DNA of 43,422 nt, filler included, from Jimgerdemannia flammicorona (GCA_003990765.1; 2 parts of 2 records of this genome joined end to end with filler, not necessarily neighbours in it); one strand, 5' to 3'. Counted from the first letter of the whole stretch, positions 1 through 11,039 are shown. Translations and numbers: made by a program. The notes: generated by a model from the letters alone, not told the origin.

Positions 1-453
1 ATCCGAGGTCGTCAACCTAGAGTCCGAGCTCGAAGTTGTATCCGAGGTCGTCAACCTAGAGTCCGAGCTCGAAGTTGTATCCGAGGTCGTCAACCTAGAG
101 TCCGAGCTCGAAGTTGTATCCGAGGTCGTCAACCTAGAGTCCGAGCTCGAAGTTGTATCCGAGGTCGTCAACCTAGAGTCCGAGCTCGAAGTTGTATCCG
201 AGGTCGTCAACCTAGAGTCCGAGCTCGAAGTTGTATCCGAGGTCGTCAACCTAGAGTCCGAGCTCGAAGTTGTATCCGAGGTCAACCTAGAGTCCGAGGT
301 TGAAGTTGTACCAGAGGTCAACGTAGAGTCCGAGGTCGAAGTTGTACCAGAGGTCAACGTAGAGCCCGAGGTCAAAGTTGTACCAGAGGTCAACGTAGAG
401 CCCGAGGTCAAAGTTGTACCAGAGGTCAACCTAGAGCCCGAGGTCGAAGTTGT
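1..453 (+). repeat. Coding minisatellite: 7 identical 39-bp units (1-273) followed by 5 diverged 36-bp units (274-453)
   Basis: Unit atccgaggtcgtcaacctagagtccgagctcgaagttgt is repeated exactly; the 36-bp variant lacks one gtc codon. Confidence 0.95.
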
Positions 454-1045
454 ACCAGAGGTCGACTCAGAGCCTGAGCTTGAAGTTGAGCTCGAAGTTG
501 AACACGAATTCGAACCTGATACGGAGCTCGACGAATCCGAGTTCGATATTGAACCCGAACTTGAGCTTGAACCCGAACTTGAACAAGAACCAAAATGTAA
601 ACTCGAACCTGAACTCGATCTCGACACTCCTCTCGACACCCCCACAGAACCCTCCTACCAAAGGTGCGACGAGTTCCGCGGCCAGAAATTCTTCGACTCC
701 GACTCGGAGAGCGTCGACGACGGCCTCCTCTCCCCGACTACCGAATACTCGGACAATGAATCCATGCACTCGTCCGATTTCAAGATGTCATCCCTCAAGC
801 TCACCGCCAAGTCCGCCTCCCGCCCCCCCGTTACGCACACCGAGATCGTCTCCCCTCAGACGATCAGCTTCATGTTCCTCATCGAGATGTGCATCGCCCT
901 CTGCTTTGGCCTCCTTCCCTGGGCCCGCGAGATCGCCGTCGACAAGATGGTGTACGCTGATGTCGTTGTCCGCACCCGCGGCGGATGGCACGCCGGTATC
1001 GTGTCTCTCTTCCTGAGGACACTGCTCGGGTATCTGCGCACGTAA
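2..1045 (+). CDS. 3' part of a gene for an acidic (E/V/P-rich) tandem-repeat protein with a C-terminal hydrophobic, possibly transmembrane, segment; 5' end lies outside the window
   Basis: Frame 2 is open from base 2 to TAA at 1043-1045. It reads (SEVVNLESELEVV)x7, PEVNVEPEVKVV-type x5, an E/P/L/D-rich linker, then the 764-1045 ORF with ISFMFLIEMCIALCFGLLPW. Repeat units are multiples of 3 and third positions are GC-rich. Confidence 0.75.
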   Translation, partial: SEVVNLESELEVVSEVVNLESELEVVSEVVNLESELEVVSEVVNLESELEVVSEVVNLESELEVVSEVVNLESELEVVSEVVNLESELEVVSEVNLESEVEVVPEVNVESEVEVVPEVNVEPEVKVVPEVNVEPEVKVVPEVNLEPEVEVVPEVDSEPELEVELEVEHEFEPDTELDESEFDIEPELELEPELEQEPKCKLEPELDLDTPLDTPTEPSYQRCDEFRGQKFFDSDSESVDDGLLSPTTEYSDNESMHSSDFKMSSLKLTAKSASRPPVTHTEIVSPQTISFMFLIEMCIALCFGLLPWAREIAVDKMVYADVVVRTRGGWHAGIVSLFLRTLLGYLRT

Positions 1046-3617
1046 TGGGTTTTCCGACTCTCCCCCCCCATCCCACCTTTCTTCATGACGAAAAAACCAA
1101 AAACAACCAGTCACGATTATGTTGCGTTCCTCCAGATTCCGTATGGCCGTGTGGTTTGTGCCGATGGACCAATTGGTATGAACGTTTGTGCGGTTGGTTG
1201 GTGTTTTGAACGCCTTAACCCCCTCAAGCTATCTAGCACGTCGACATGAATATTTCTTCACGATCTTTTTTTATTTTATTTTTATTTTTTTTATTGTTAT
1301 TTGTTTTTTCCAGTGGACGCTTACGACTACCTCTTTGCCAGGATTTGAACATTTCAATCGCCTTACCCTGGTCTATCCCTGTCTCTACTTCTTATTTTTA
1401 TTATTTTATTTTGGAAAAAAAAAAGAAAAAACAATGTCATTCGAGGGTTCCAAAATTCGTACATATATTCTTCAAACCTGTCCAATTTGCGTGTTCTCAG
1501 AGCAGATTCGTTTCCTTCGGACAATCGCCAGTTAGTACATATGCTAATGTGCGAGTGTGTAGATGTAATAAATATGGTTGGTGGTCACATTAGTATGTGG
1601 CGGCTCATTTTTGTGCACACACTCGAAAGACAAGTTCCGCGGGTTGTTGTCTTGGTATGAAGTCTTCCAACCCAATACCGGATCGACGTAAAAGGCCTAT
1701 CGCGGTTTTGGTGCGTCATCATGCTGGGACCTGATCGGACAAGGTACCTCGTCGGGAGGTGGGGTGGTATTCTGGAAGCCTGTCAAATCTTATTCTGTAA
1801 GTTTCAAAAAAAAAAAAAAAAAAAAAAAACTTAGAACAAAGAAGGAAACGAAGAGCGTTTAGCATGTCAAATCATTCCGAGAGGGCGTTAAGAGTTGGTA
1901 CTGTAATTGTCAAAAGGAGGAAGCAAAGAAAAAAAGTATGTAACGCAATTGTCAAGCGCCAAAAAGTATGAATAAAGACGATAAAAGGCTAAAATAGTAC
2001 TAGCCCCACACTGCCAACCATAAGCCATTGACAGTTTCGTCTCACGCTCGGTGTACCAAAAAAAAAACACACAGGCCACCCAAATTGATGACAGGGGTTC
2101 TGCAGATGGATCGTCGGCTCGTGATTATCGTCAAGTTTGTCTAGCCACGAGCCCACGCGCAGGCAGCACGTCGGCGAATCGATAAAGCATAACTGGCATA
2201 AACCTGCAAAACCTGTTCGGATACGCCATACAAACGTCATAGGGCAGCGGGATCAGATCAGATGGCTTTCTCATGCGACGTTAACGATTGACGTCAACGT
2301 GGCCTTGATCATCTTGTGAAGATGTTGGGTCGGAGTCTACGACACGGGATGACGAAGAAGCAAACACTGGTCACGTCACTTGTGTTGTTCGCCAAAAATG
2401 ACGTCGGTAAAAACGGATTGCTTGTGGCTTTCCGAGTTGGGGGGTGACGATAAGGAGTAGCGTGAAAGGGGGTGAGAAAGGGGTTGTAGTTCGGAAAGGG
2501 TCGTTGGCGCGCCTTATTCTGACAAACGGACGTAAATGAGATTGAGACTGTTTTTAACAGAAACACATTGTTGATGCTGTTAGAGATTGCCGTAAGACCT
2601 TTCATTGATAACATTGTAAGTAATTATAATGATATCGTTTAAAGTGCAGACATGTGCTTTTTTTTTTTAAAAAAAAAAAGATGGGGCGTTTGACCATACC
2701 ACAGTAATGGGAGATATTTCACCTGTTTGTGTCGCTTGCTGCTTTTGCCTGCTTTTCTATCTGACTGGCTCTTCAATGTCGTGTTTCGACATCGTCGCAG
2801 CTCTTGTTTTAGCGTTTCTGTTTCTACGTCGACTTCTGCAGTTTCGCCATTGCAAATGAAGTTTACATTCTTGGCAGCCATTAAAAATGACATCAACGAG
2901 AAAGGTATAATTTACAGATACGTATATAGATGATCTAAGAATATATAGCAGCTCTATATTAAAAGTATATAAGTTCTGAGTTTGTATAATAGAGAGTCTA
3001 TATTTAATTTATAGGTACTACATATTTATACTTTAATAATAAACTCAATATCATCGAAATAAATATTATTAGAGGGAAAAGAAAAAGAAAAAGAAAAATA
3101 TATATTTAAGATAACTACTCTAAGATTTTAATTTAAGAGAATATTCTGATATTGAACAAAAGCTATATTTTATAATATTAAAGCTATCAATAATATTGAG
3201 CTGTCAAGGTTAATAATCCTCCTCCGATGCGCCGTTACAGATGGCCAGAATAAATAGATTCGTTTTTCTATTTTATTTTATTATTTTTTGTTCTAAAGTA
3301 TTTCGAAGTTATAGGTGTGGGAGCTCGTTCCGCAGGCAAATTTGCCTGCGAAAATATTCTAATAAAAATAAAAAATAAAAAGTCAGAAATTAAAATTTTG
3401 TATTAAGAAACAATATAAAAAATCTTTTTATATCCAAACGACCGTGTCATTTCTGAGAATCAGTTCCTGTCACACTTGAGTGACGTCATCATTCGGTGTG
3501 TGGAAATTCATGACATGGCACCAAAGATGGTGCATCAATTGAAATCCATATCATAGGAATAGAGAACGGCCACAATTTCCAGTATCCAAATCTAAAATTC
3601 TAACCCATCCCAATAAA

Positions 3618-5241
3618 CTACATCTCGAACCCATCCGTATCCAGGCCTTGCAAATTGCCTTCCAACGTCAATCCCCGCCTGCTGCTTATCGATAATGGTG
3701 TCCTTATCCTGCAACTTCTGCCGAAGCTCCGTCACCTGACGATAGTTCATCCCGGGCAGTCGTTCCAAGATTCCTACCTGATCGATCGGGTTCAACTGGC
3801 GCACGCGATCACGGAAGTCGCTCCTCTTCCTCAGTAAGCGCACCGAATAGATTGGCTGCCCTTGGGAGGAAGAGTCGCGTATGTCCGGCGCGTGGACGCC
3901 GCCCCATATACTGTGAAAGTCCGACGACGCCAGCGACTCCGAAGGATTGGGAGCGCTTGCCTTCCACTGATCGTCCCTGAGTTGCGGTTCGTGTAGATTC
4001 ATCATCCCGTCATTTAAATCGTCTCTGATTGAAGTTTCACTCACAATGGTTTTGCGCCACCTATAAAAGTTATCGATGTCAGGGAGCGGCAACATTGCAG
4101 GATTTGCGATGGGCTTTGAAAGATCGGATATGCGGACATAGATGTTCATCGGGAGGCTTGCAGGTTGCAACGCCACGGGCTCCGAGGCGGAAACGTTGAG
4201 TTGACTTGGCGCAGGACTAGTAGGGGTCGGTGAGACGATGGGTGTGGCGGTGCCGGGAAGAACCTGTGGAGTCAATATGACTGGCATGATCGGAGCTCGG
4301 CGGTCTCGGTGGCCCAATGTGTCGAGAATCTCCGTCAAATCGTCGCCCAGTCACTATGGGAAGGTGGAACTATCGAGGTTGGGAGGGTTATACATGTACT
4401 ATCCATTGGGTTAATTTTGGGAGATCGCTTCCTTCAGGAACACCCTGGTGTGTTTCACTTCGATGGCTCCCTCGTCAGCCTAGTGAAGACACCTGTCACC
4501 ACTACCACCCCTGGAAATAATAGAGAAAAGGCCAGAAATATACATTCCCCACACTTCAAAAAATACAATATCTCCATCCACAAAATCCGTCGCCACCGAC
4601 AACCAACAGACCCCAAGGGCGAGACCGCCGAGGAGACAGCCAGGGAGACCTTGCTTTCGCCAATACGGACGTTTCGCGAGAAACTCTGATAGTGTTTCCG
4701 CCGGAAAAGGATCCGCCGTGTACCATGCGTCCAATGTCGCTATATCCAGGCAGCACCTTTTAACGACGTTCTCAGAAGGTGCTCAAGTCTCGATATAATC
4801 TGACCGCTGGATAGGCTGGGTTTAATGTCGCAAGTTCCCCGGCAACCAAAAATACCGAGTACCTCGCGAGGAAACGCGAAATTTTCTTGATTCCAGGTTG
4901 CTTCCACTATGGGTCCTGAACTTCTGTATATACTGAGCGGCCAGGTCAGCAATTGATATATTTCCATTCGATTCTTTTATAATTATCTCGAGCCTCTCCA
5001 AGCACTCCGACGCCTCGTACGCCGGGTTTGAGGTGATTAGCTGGTTCTTGACAAGGAAGGCGTGCATGTGCGTTTCGAGGAAGGCATCCAGCGTTCGCTC
5101 CGGAGACTGCTTCCACACGCCATCTCCATGGTTCAGTGCATATATATCCGCGAGCTTCGCGACGGTCAGTGGGGTGGTAGCATTGGCGCGGAGGATCTTG
5201 ACAAGGTTTTCAATGCAGATAGCGGAGGTGGATGTGGTCAT
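3618..5241 (-). pseudogene. Disrupted paralog of the four-LOTUS-domain gene (frameshifts, indels and an internal inversion at 4296-4620)
   Basis: Fragments MTTSTSAICIENLVKILRAN (5241 down), AWYTADPFPAETLSEFLAKRP, AQCVENLRQIVAQ (on the + strand) and LRKRSDFRDRVRQLNPIDQVGILE all match the 8764-10437 protein, but in different frames and strands. Confidence 0.9.
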
Positions 5242-5394
5242 TTTTGTTAGAGTCGGAGGAGCTTTGTTGACAGAAATTCGTCTAATCTTTGGTCTTTATT
5301 TGATGACATCAGATATATTTGACATATACAAATGGCATATTCACAAATACAACAAGAGAAGTACGTCAACCCGGCTACTTGTGCTCTATGTTTG

Positions 5395-6010
5395 ACTGAA
5401 TCGTTTCCACTCAAAAATGGAATGTGTCTACACTCTCTATATTTAATATACTCGGCATACCGCACTCTCCACTTTGCCGACTCCTTCAATATAATCCTAT
5501 CCTCCTTCTCCTGCATCACTATCGTCGGCGTGTCGCGGCTCAAGCGGCTTGAACCCCGTGATGTCGACAAACTTTCAGATGGCGCACGATGCTGTGGCGG
5601 TGTTGTCCAAGGAGAAGCTGGGCCAGGTGCAAGGAATTCAGGGCCGAGCAGGTGTCGAAGGACGCATTGACAAAGATCACTCCCGCCAACCTCTCCTCAC
5701 CCGGAACGCGCGGAGATAATCACATATATCCTACCGTACGATCATCCGACAGGAACAACCCTATCTAACTCGAGGGCGTCCGTAATGGCTCGAATGTCCT
5801 CGGCCCACTGCTGCCCATTTTGGCATACCTATTAAACTGTATTGTTAGGACCGGGGCTTCGAGCTGCGGAAACCGCGAGTGCAGGCTCTGGGCAAAATCG
5901 TGGAGGAAAAAGGTTGATGGGTAGCCGTTCTGTGGACCGATGGTGAGAACGTGAAGCTTGGTACCGTCGGTGGAGGGGATAAAGTGACTTTCAGCATGGA
6001 TAGTCATCAC
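5395..6010 (-). pseudogene. Alpha/beta-hydrolase fold pseudogene, copy 1 (apparently intronless)
   Basis: Motifs in order: STDGTKLHVLTIGP..PSTFFLHDFAQS; DIRAITDALELDRVVPVG*SYG (nucleophile elbow GWSYG with Trp changed to stop); PTIVMQEKEDRII (acid residue); YRECRHIPF (catalytic His). They are split over several frames. Confidence 0.8.
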
Positions 6011-6169
6011 ACTTGCTTTGTAATCGCAGCGCGGATGGGAGTCAGGAAAAAGAGAAAGGGGTTATGGCTGTTGTTTATAACTCGAGCGTAGATCGCAGTG
6101 TTGCTTCGAACAGAGTCATTTTACAATCATGAGAACATACAAATAAGCAAACTTGTGGACACCATCTTT

Positions 6170-6740
6170 CGAAAATTAATATCTGCAACATATCTTTAAT
6201 AACTTTTTATAACTTTAAATATTAAGTGATAGAGTAAGAAATCAATATTATTAAAAGGATTCTATTAACTTTTTGATATTTTTCTCATTTTTCAAATATT
6301 TTATTAGAATATAATTATATAATTTATTAAAATCTTAATAATAATTATTAGTATGAAAGTTTTAATACAACTATTAATTTTATAATATAGAGCTATCTAT
6401 TATATAAAATTAATTTAATTTTTTTTTATAAGTAAACTCATTTATGTATTATATTATATTATGTTATATTATAATTTTAAAGTTTATAGAAATTATATAA
6501 AAAATATAGTAGATCAGAATTTAAAATTAACAGTATAATCTTGATCAGAAAAAAATAATCCTTATTATATTATTAATATAGATTATTTATTTATAATCTA
6601 GATTATATTAATAATAAGATATATCGATCAATTTATGGTAAATAATTAATATTCTGTAAATCAAAAATTCTATAAGCCTGTAGTATCTAATATAAGTTAA
6701 GCATATATATATTTCCTAAATAAATATTATTGACTTAATT
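6170..6740. repeat. Extremely AT-rich island, probably a fully decayed repeat (similar islands at about 2935-3200, 14400-15300 and 26470-26920)
   Basis: Abrupt drop in GC, TpA-rich, almost no CpG and no ORFs. Confidence 0.5.
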
Positions 6741-6939
6741 TCTTTGGGACAGACCGCCATTGTCATCAGTTTATGTTTGACAGTGTGGGCTGAGTGTGAG
6801 TATTCGGTTTTTGAAGGAAATAAGTACTTGGTGCGCCGTCGACAGACGCTCCAGTGCTACAGCCGATGGAACATTAAAGCTGTTTGTTTAAACAATGACG
6901 GACGAATTCCAAAAATGGTGCGTGGTTACTATTATTATT

Positions 6940-8540
6940 AGCCATTGCTCATACTGGTGAGCGGGTCTCCGGTGAGAATCGGTTTCCATTCAACACCAAG
7001 AGCATTTAAATTGGTTTCCCGACAGTGTAGTTATTATGTCAGTCAATTACAAAACCTTGGCCAAAATTGTGTTTCAGTTTTCCTTGCCATAGATCATCCG
7101 GTTCAACTGTAGGTCTGAAAACGTCGTCGTTGCCAGGTTGAATCATTCAGGTTATCTCCGAAGGTGCTGGCGGCGCTCTACAAAAAAGTCGTGAAAAGGC
7201 CGGCGAGGTTGGAACAGGAACGTGGTATAAATGAGAGAAGCACATGCAACGATGCGGATAGATTGCGCAAGATTCTCGAAATCAAATACAGCACGCTGCC
7301 TGTAGAACTCCAACAAGTCGACCAACAGAGTGCTAATGTCGGTAAACTCCTGAAATTGGTGCAGCGCTTCTTGGCACTGATCTATCATACGGACCAAAAA
7401 AAAAAGGGAAATAAACAATCAACGCCATTCATAATGATAACCACCAAGTAAAAGTACAACGTTATAATCTCCCCAACATAGACTAGACCTCCTCAACCAA
7501 CCCGACATACCTGCAAGAAATACATGCATAGCAACGTCGTTGCGTAAGAGGAAAGACATCCGGAGAACATCTCGTTGAGTTCAGCCAGGATCAATATCTG
7601 CCTAACCGTCATACGAGAGGCCGCAGGACCGGAGCAGCCTCCATATACTGTTTCGTTATTTGCGCGCTCTGGTTCCCGTCGTCCCTGTTGAAGCTGACGT
7701 CCATGCTATAGCCTGAAAACTGGTCCCTGTACTTGACGATGGGCACCTGCCGCCGATGATGATGGATTGAGTGGACAGTGAGATTCTGATGTTCGCGCAC
7801 CGTAAAACTCCCCTATGGAAACAATTTATCGAGATCACCATAGCAAGCACTCACCCTCGTATCAGATCCGTCAATCATCTTGCAAGCCGATAGTTCCTTG
7901 AGTAAGACAGGTGTGCCTCGGACTTGTCACCATCGTTGGTCATGACCACAACGTCCAAGTCGCTGTGTGTGATGACGCCCAAGCCGCGTGAGAAGAAGGG
8001 ATCCAATGAGACCGAGTTCGGCGCCTTCAAGAGAGCCGGGACAAACCAACGTGGTCGGCAGCGCTAGCCCGACATCGAGCAACCCAAACAGCGTGACGGT
8101 TGAGTTTTTTCACAGGCGCTTGGCGACGGCTCGCAACCGTTGAACGGCGTCCAGGCGGATTTGCACCTCTTTCGGAGTCGGGGACATGTATATACTCGCA
8201 GAAATCGACAATTTCGGCATTCAGCCTGCGAACGGTAACATGGCGGGGAAGACGGGAACGGCAAAGTTAATAATCCTCCTCCAAATCGCCGTTACTAGAT
8301 GGAAAAAATAATTAGATGCGTTTTGTTTTTTGTTTTTTGTTTTGTTTTTTTGGTTCTGCAGAATTTCGAGATTAAGGATGCGCAACGCAGGTTCACAGTT
8401 CACATACCAATCAATTGGTGTCCGTTTGTCGTAGAAGTTATCTTCCGTCCATGGCGGACGGTCATGATCTGATGATGGTGGGGCGATGGTTTGGAGGACC
8501 AGGGTGGCCAAGGCGAAGGTTTGTAGGTGGGTAAGTCTTT
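6940..8540 (-). pseudogene. Trf4/PAPD5-like non-canonical poly(A) polymerase (nucleotidyltransferase), spliced and disrupted
   Basis: Exons read PPWTEDN..IDW|LNAEIVDFCEY/MSPTPKEVQIRLDAVQRLRAVAKRL*KNSTVTLFG..LALPT|SDLDVVV, VPIVKYRD..MDVSFN..APVLRPLV/MTVRQIL..LNEMFSGCLSSYATTLL..FLQ|, and DISTLLVDLLEFY, which is the Trf4 motif order. GT-AG introns are present, plus at least two frameshifts and an in-frame TGA at a conserved Trp. Ends are approximate and no in-frame ATG was found. Confidence 0.8.
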
Positions 8541-8763
8541 TGTTGGGGTGGCGACAGTGTTGTGATAAGAGTAGAAAAGTAAGCTGACGTCATGTATGAG
8601 TGCGTGGAAATGTCAAACTTCATGCTCCAAAGATGGTGCATTTATTGAAAATTCATAATCATAGAAATGGAGAACGGCCACAATTTCCCACGCTCTCACA
8701 GCATCCAAGTCTAAATTCTAGCTATCCCAACAAAACAAAACAAAAAAAAAAAAAAAAAAAAAA

Positions 8764-10437
8764 CTACATCTCGAATCCATCCGCATCCAGGCCTTGCAAA
8801 TTGCCTTCCAACGTTAGAATCTCCTCCAATTCGTCAATCCTCGCCTGCTGCAAATCTATAATAGCGTCCTTATCCCGCAACTGTTGTCGAAGTTCCATCA
8901 CCCGCTCGCTGTGCTGGCGGCGGTTGGCCTCGAGCAGTCGCTCCAAGATTCCCACCTGATCGATCGGATCTAACTGGCGCACGCGATTACGGAAGTCGCT
9001 TCTCTTCCTCAGTAAGCGCGCCGAAGGCCTCCCATAGAGCGCTTCTGAATCGATTGGCTGTCCTTGAGAGGAAGAGTCGCGTGTGTCCGGTACGTGGACG
9101 CCTCCCCATATACCGGGAGAGTCCGACGACGCCAGCGACTCCGAGAGATTGGGAACGAAGGTGGAATCGCTTTCCTTCCACTGATCGTCCTTGAGTTGCG
9201 GTTCGTGTAGATCCATCGTCCCGTCATCTGATTCGTCTCCGGTTGCAGGATTTGCGATGGGCTTTGAAAGGTCCTTTATTCTGACATTGATGACCATCGG
9301 GGGGCTTGCAGGTTGCAACACCGCGGGCTCCGAGGCGGGAACGTCGAGTTGACTTGGCGCGGGACTGGCAGGGATCTGTGAGACGATGGGCGCGACGGTC
9401 ACCACGACTGGCATGATCGGGGGGGCCCTTGGGGTCTGTTGGTCGTCGGTGGCGATGGATTCTGTGGTTGGAGATAACTTTGTAGTTGAAATGTGGGGAG
9501 TGTGTATTTCTCGCCTTTTATTTTCCTTGTCTTCATTATTTTCGGGAATGGGCACTTCTAGAGTTTTCCCTGCTCCAGTGGTGGGGGTGGCGGTAGGGGT
9601 AACAGGTTTCTTCACCAGGCTGACGGAGGAGCGGTCGAGGCGAAACACATCGGGGTGTTCTTGAAGGAGAGAAGTAAGCTTTTTCCCAAAATCATCCCAA
9701 TGGAGAACCATAAAACTCTTCTTGTATAACCCTCCCAACTGTGTGAGTTCCACTTTTCCATCGCTCAACTGGGCGATGATTTGACGGAGATTCTCGACGC
9801 ATTGGGCCACCGAGACCGCCGGGGCGACCGCCAGGGAGACCTTGCTTTTGCCAATACGGAATATTAATGGACGTTTCGCGAGAAACTCTGATAGTGTTTC
9901 CGCCGGAAAAGACCATGGGCCGAAATCCGCCGTGTACCATGCGTTCAATATCGCTATATCCAGGGCAGCACCTTTTATCGATGCTCTCAGAAAGCGCTCA
10001 AGTCTCGATATACATCTGACCACTGGGTAGGCTGGGTTCAATGTCACAAGTTCTCCGGCAACCAAAAATACCGAGTATTTCGCGAGGAAACGTGAAATTT
10101 TCTTGATTCCACCGAACTTCTGTTTATACTGAGCGGCCAGGTCAGTAATTGATATATTTCCATTCGATTCTTTTATTATTATCTCGAGCCTCTTCACGCA
10201 TTCCGACGCCTCGTACGCCGAGTTTGAGGTGATTAGCTGTTTCTTGACAAGGAAGGCGTGTGGGTGCGTTTCGAGGAAGGCATTGAGCGTTCGCTCTGGA
10301 GACTGCTTCCACACGCCATCGCCATGGTTCAGAGCATATATCTCCTCGAGCTTCGCGACGGTCAGTGGGGTGGTAGCATTGGCGCGGAGGATCTTGACGA
10401 GGTTTTCAATGCAGATAGCGGAGGTGTAGGTGGTCAT
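8764..10437 (-). CDS. Intronless 557-aa protein: four tandem LOTUS/OST-HTH-like winged-helix domains, a P/T/S-rich disordered linker and a C-terminal coiled coil
   Basis: The ORF is intact. ATG at 10437 (acaaaaATG, same start as the paralog) is preferred over the upstream TTG. Four 60-70-aa repeats at about 10420-9610 share C-[IV]-x-x-L-x-x-[IF]...L-x3-Y-x3-[FH]...L-x-x-[FL]-L...F-x-[VIL]...V-[ST]-L. The tail MELRQQLRDKDAIIDLQQARIDELEEIL is heptad-like. Confidence 0.75.
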   Translation of the reverse strand: MTTYTSAICIENLVKILRANATTPLTVAKLEEIYALNHGDGVWKQSPERTLNAFLETHPHAFLVKKQLITSNSAYEASECVKRLEIIIKESNGNISITDLAAQYKQKFGGIKKISRFLAKYSVFLVAGELVTLNPAYPVVRCISRLERFLRASIKGAALDIAILNAWYTADFGPWSFPAETLSEFLAKRPLIFRIGKSKVSLAVAPAVSVAQCVENLRQIIAQLSDGKVELTQLGGLYKKSFMVLHWDDFGKKLTSLLQEHPDVFRLDRSSVSLVKKPVTPTATPTTGAGKTLEVPIPENNEDKENKRREIHTPHISTTKLSPTTESIATDDQQTPRAPPIMPVVVTVAPIVSQIPASPAPSQLDVPASEPAVLQPASPPMVINVRIKDLSKPIANPATGDESDDGTMDLHEPQLKDDQWKESDSTFVPNLSESLASSDSPGIWGGVHVPDTRDSSSQGQPIDSEALYGRPSARLLRKRSDFRNRVRQLDPIDQVGILERLLEANRRQHSERVMELRQQLRDKDAIIDLQQARIDELEEILTLEGNLQGLDADGFEM

Positions 10438-10649
10438 TTTTGTTATTAGTTCAGAGAGGCGTTCCGGCTTTGTTGACTGCAAATTCGTCTTACCACGTGC
10501 CCTCTTTATGTAACCCTTTATGCAAAGCTCCTTTTGGTGTTAGTCTTTATTTAATGAATTTGATGTCAGATATATTGGCGTGTTTTAATAGTACCAAAAA
10601 CAAGTATGTCAACCCGATTATTTGTGTTGTATTTACCAAATCTAAATCA

Positions 10650-11036
10650 GTTAAACATCGCCTTCGGAATTATCCAGACCCTTATATTTAATATGCTTGC
10701 CAAACCGCAACCAATTTGTTGACAATCTTATCCTGGCACGACGCGTGTCGGGCGTCAAGGTGAAGGCGTCCTATAATCTCATACCACACACACGGCTCAG
10801 GCGGCTTGAACATCAGAAACCGGGACCAACTGCAAGGAATTCAGGACTGAGCAGGTATGTCGTCCCGGCAATGCCGACGTCGAAGGACACATCGACAAAG
10901 ATCACTATCACCAACTCCTCTCCTCACAAAATGCGCGGAGAAAATCGTATAAATATCCCACCCGACAAGAACAACCCTATCCAACTCCAGGGTGTCCACA
11001 ATGGCTTGAATGTCCTCAATGTAAAAAGAATGCTGC
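10650..11036 (-). pseudogene. Alpha/beta-hydrolase pseudogene, copy 2; 5' part lost at the transposon boundary
   Basis: IEDIQAIVDTLELDRVVLVG matches copy 1. Homology stops at about 11036, where CpG-free transposase DNA begins. Confidence 0.75.
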
Positions 11037-11039
11037 AGT

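Larger units (their letters stand above)
3200..6010 (-). repeat. Segmental duplication copy 1 (paralogous to about 8260-11036)
   Basis: Collinear matches: gttaataatcctcctcc (about 3210 vs 8267), tgacgtcat...gagaacggccacaatttcc (3481-3580 vs 8585-8690), the LOTUS gene, and the hydrolase (tgcaaggaattcagg at about 5628 vs 10831). Confidence 0.9.

Noticed and set aside
1..453. CRISPR-like array (36-39-bp repeats)
   Set aside because: Units are head-to-tail with no unique spacers, are in frame with a CDS, and no cas genes are present.
450..1016. 188-aa N/S/P-rich ORF and overlapping antisense ORFs
   Set aside because: Shadow frames of the frame-2 repeat gene.
1590..2900. Possible small spliced minus-strand gene(s)
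   Set aside because: Intron-like pyrimidine tracts and GC-rich patches exist, but I could not build a consistent or recognisable reading frame.
10438..10482. TTG-initiated 15-aa extension of the LOTUS ORF
   Set aside because: Eukaryotic context; the paralog supports the ATG at 10437.
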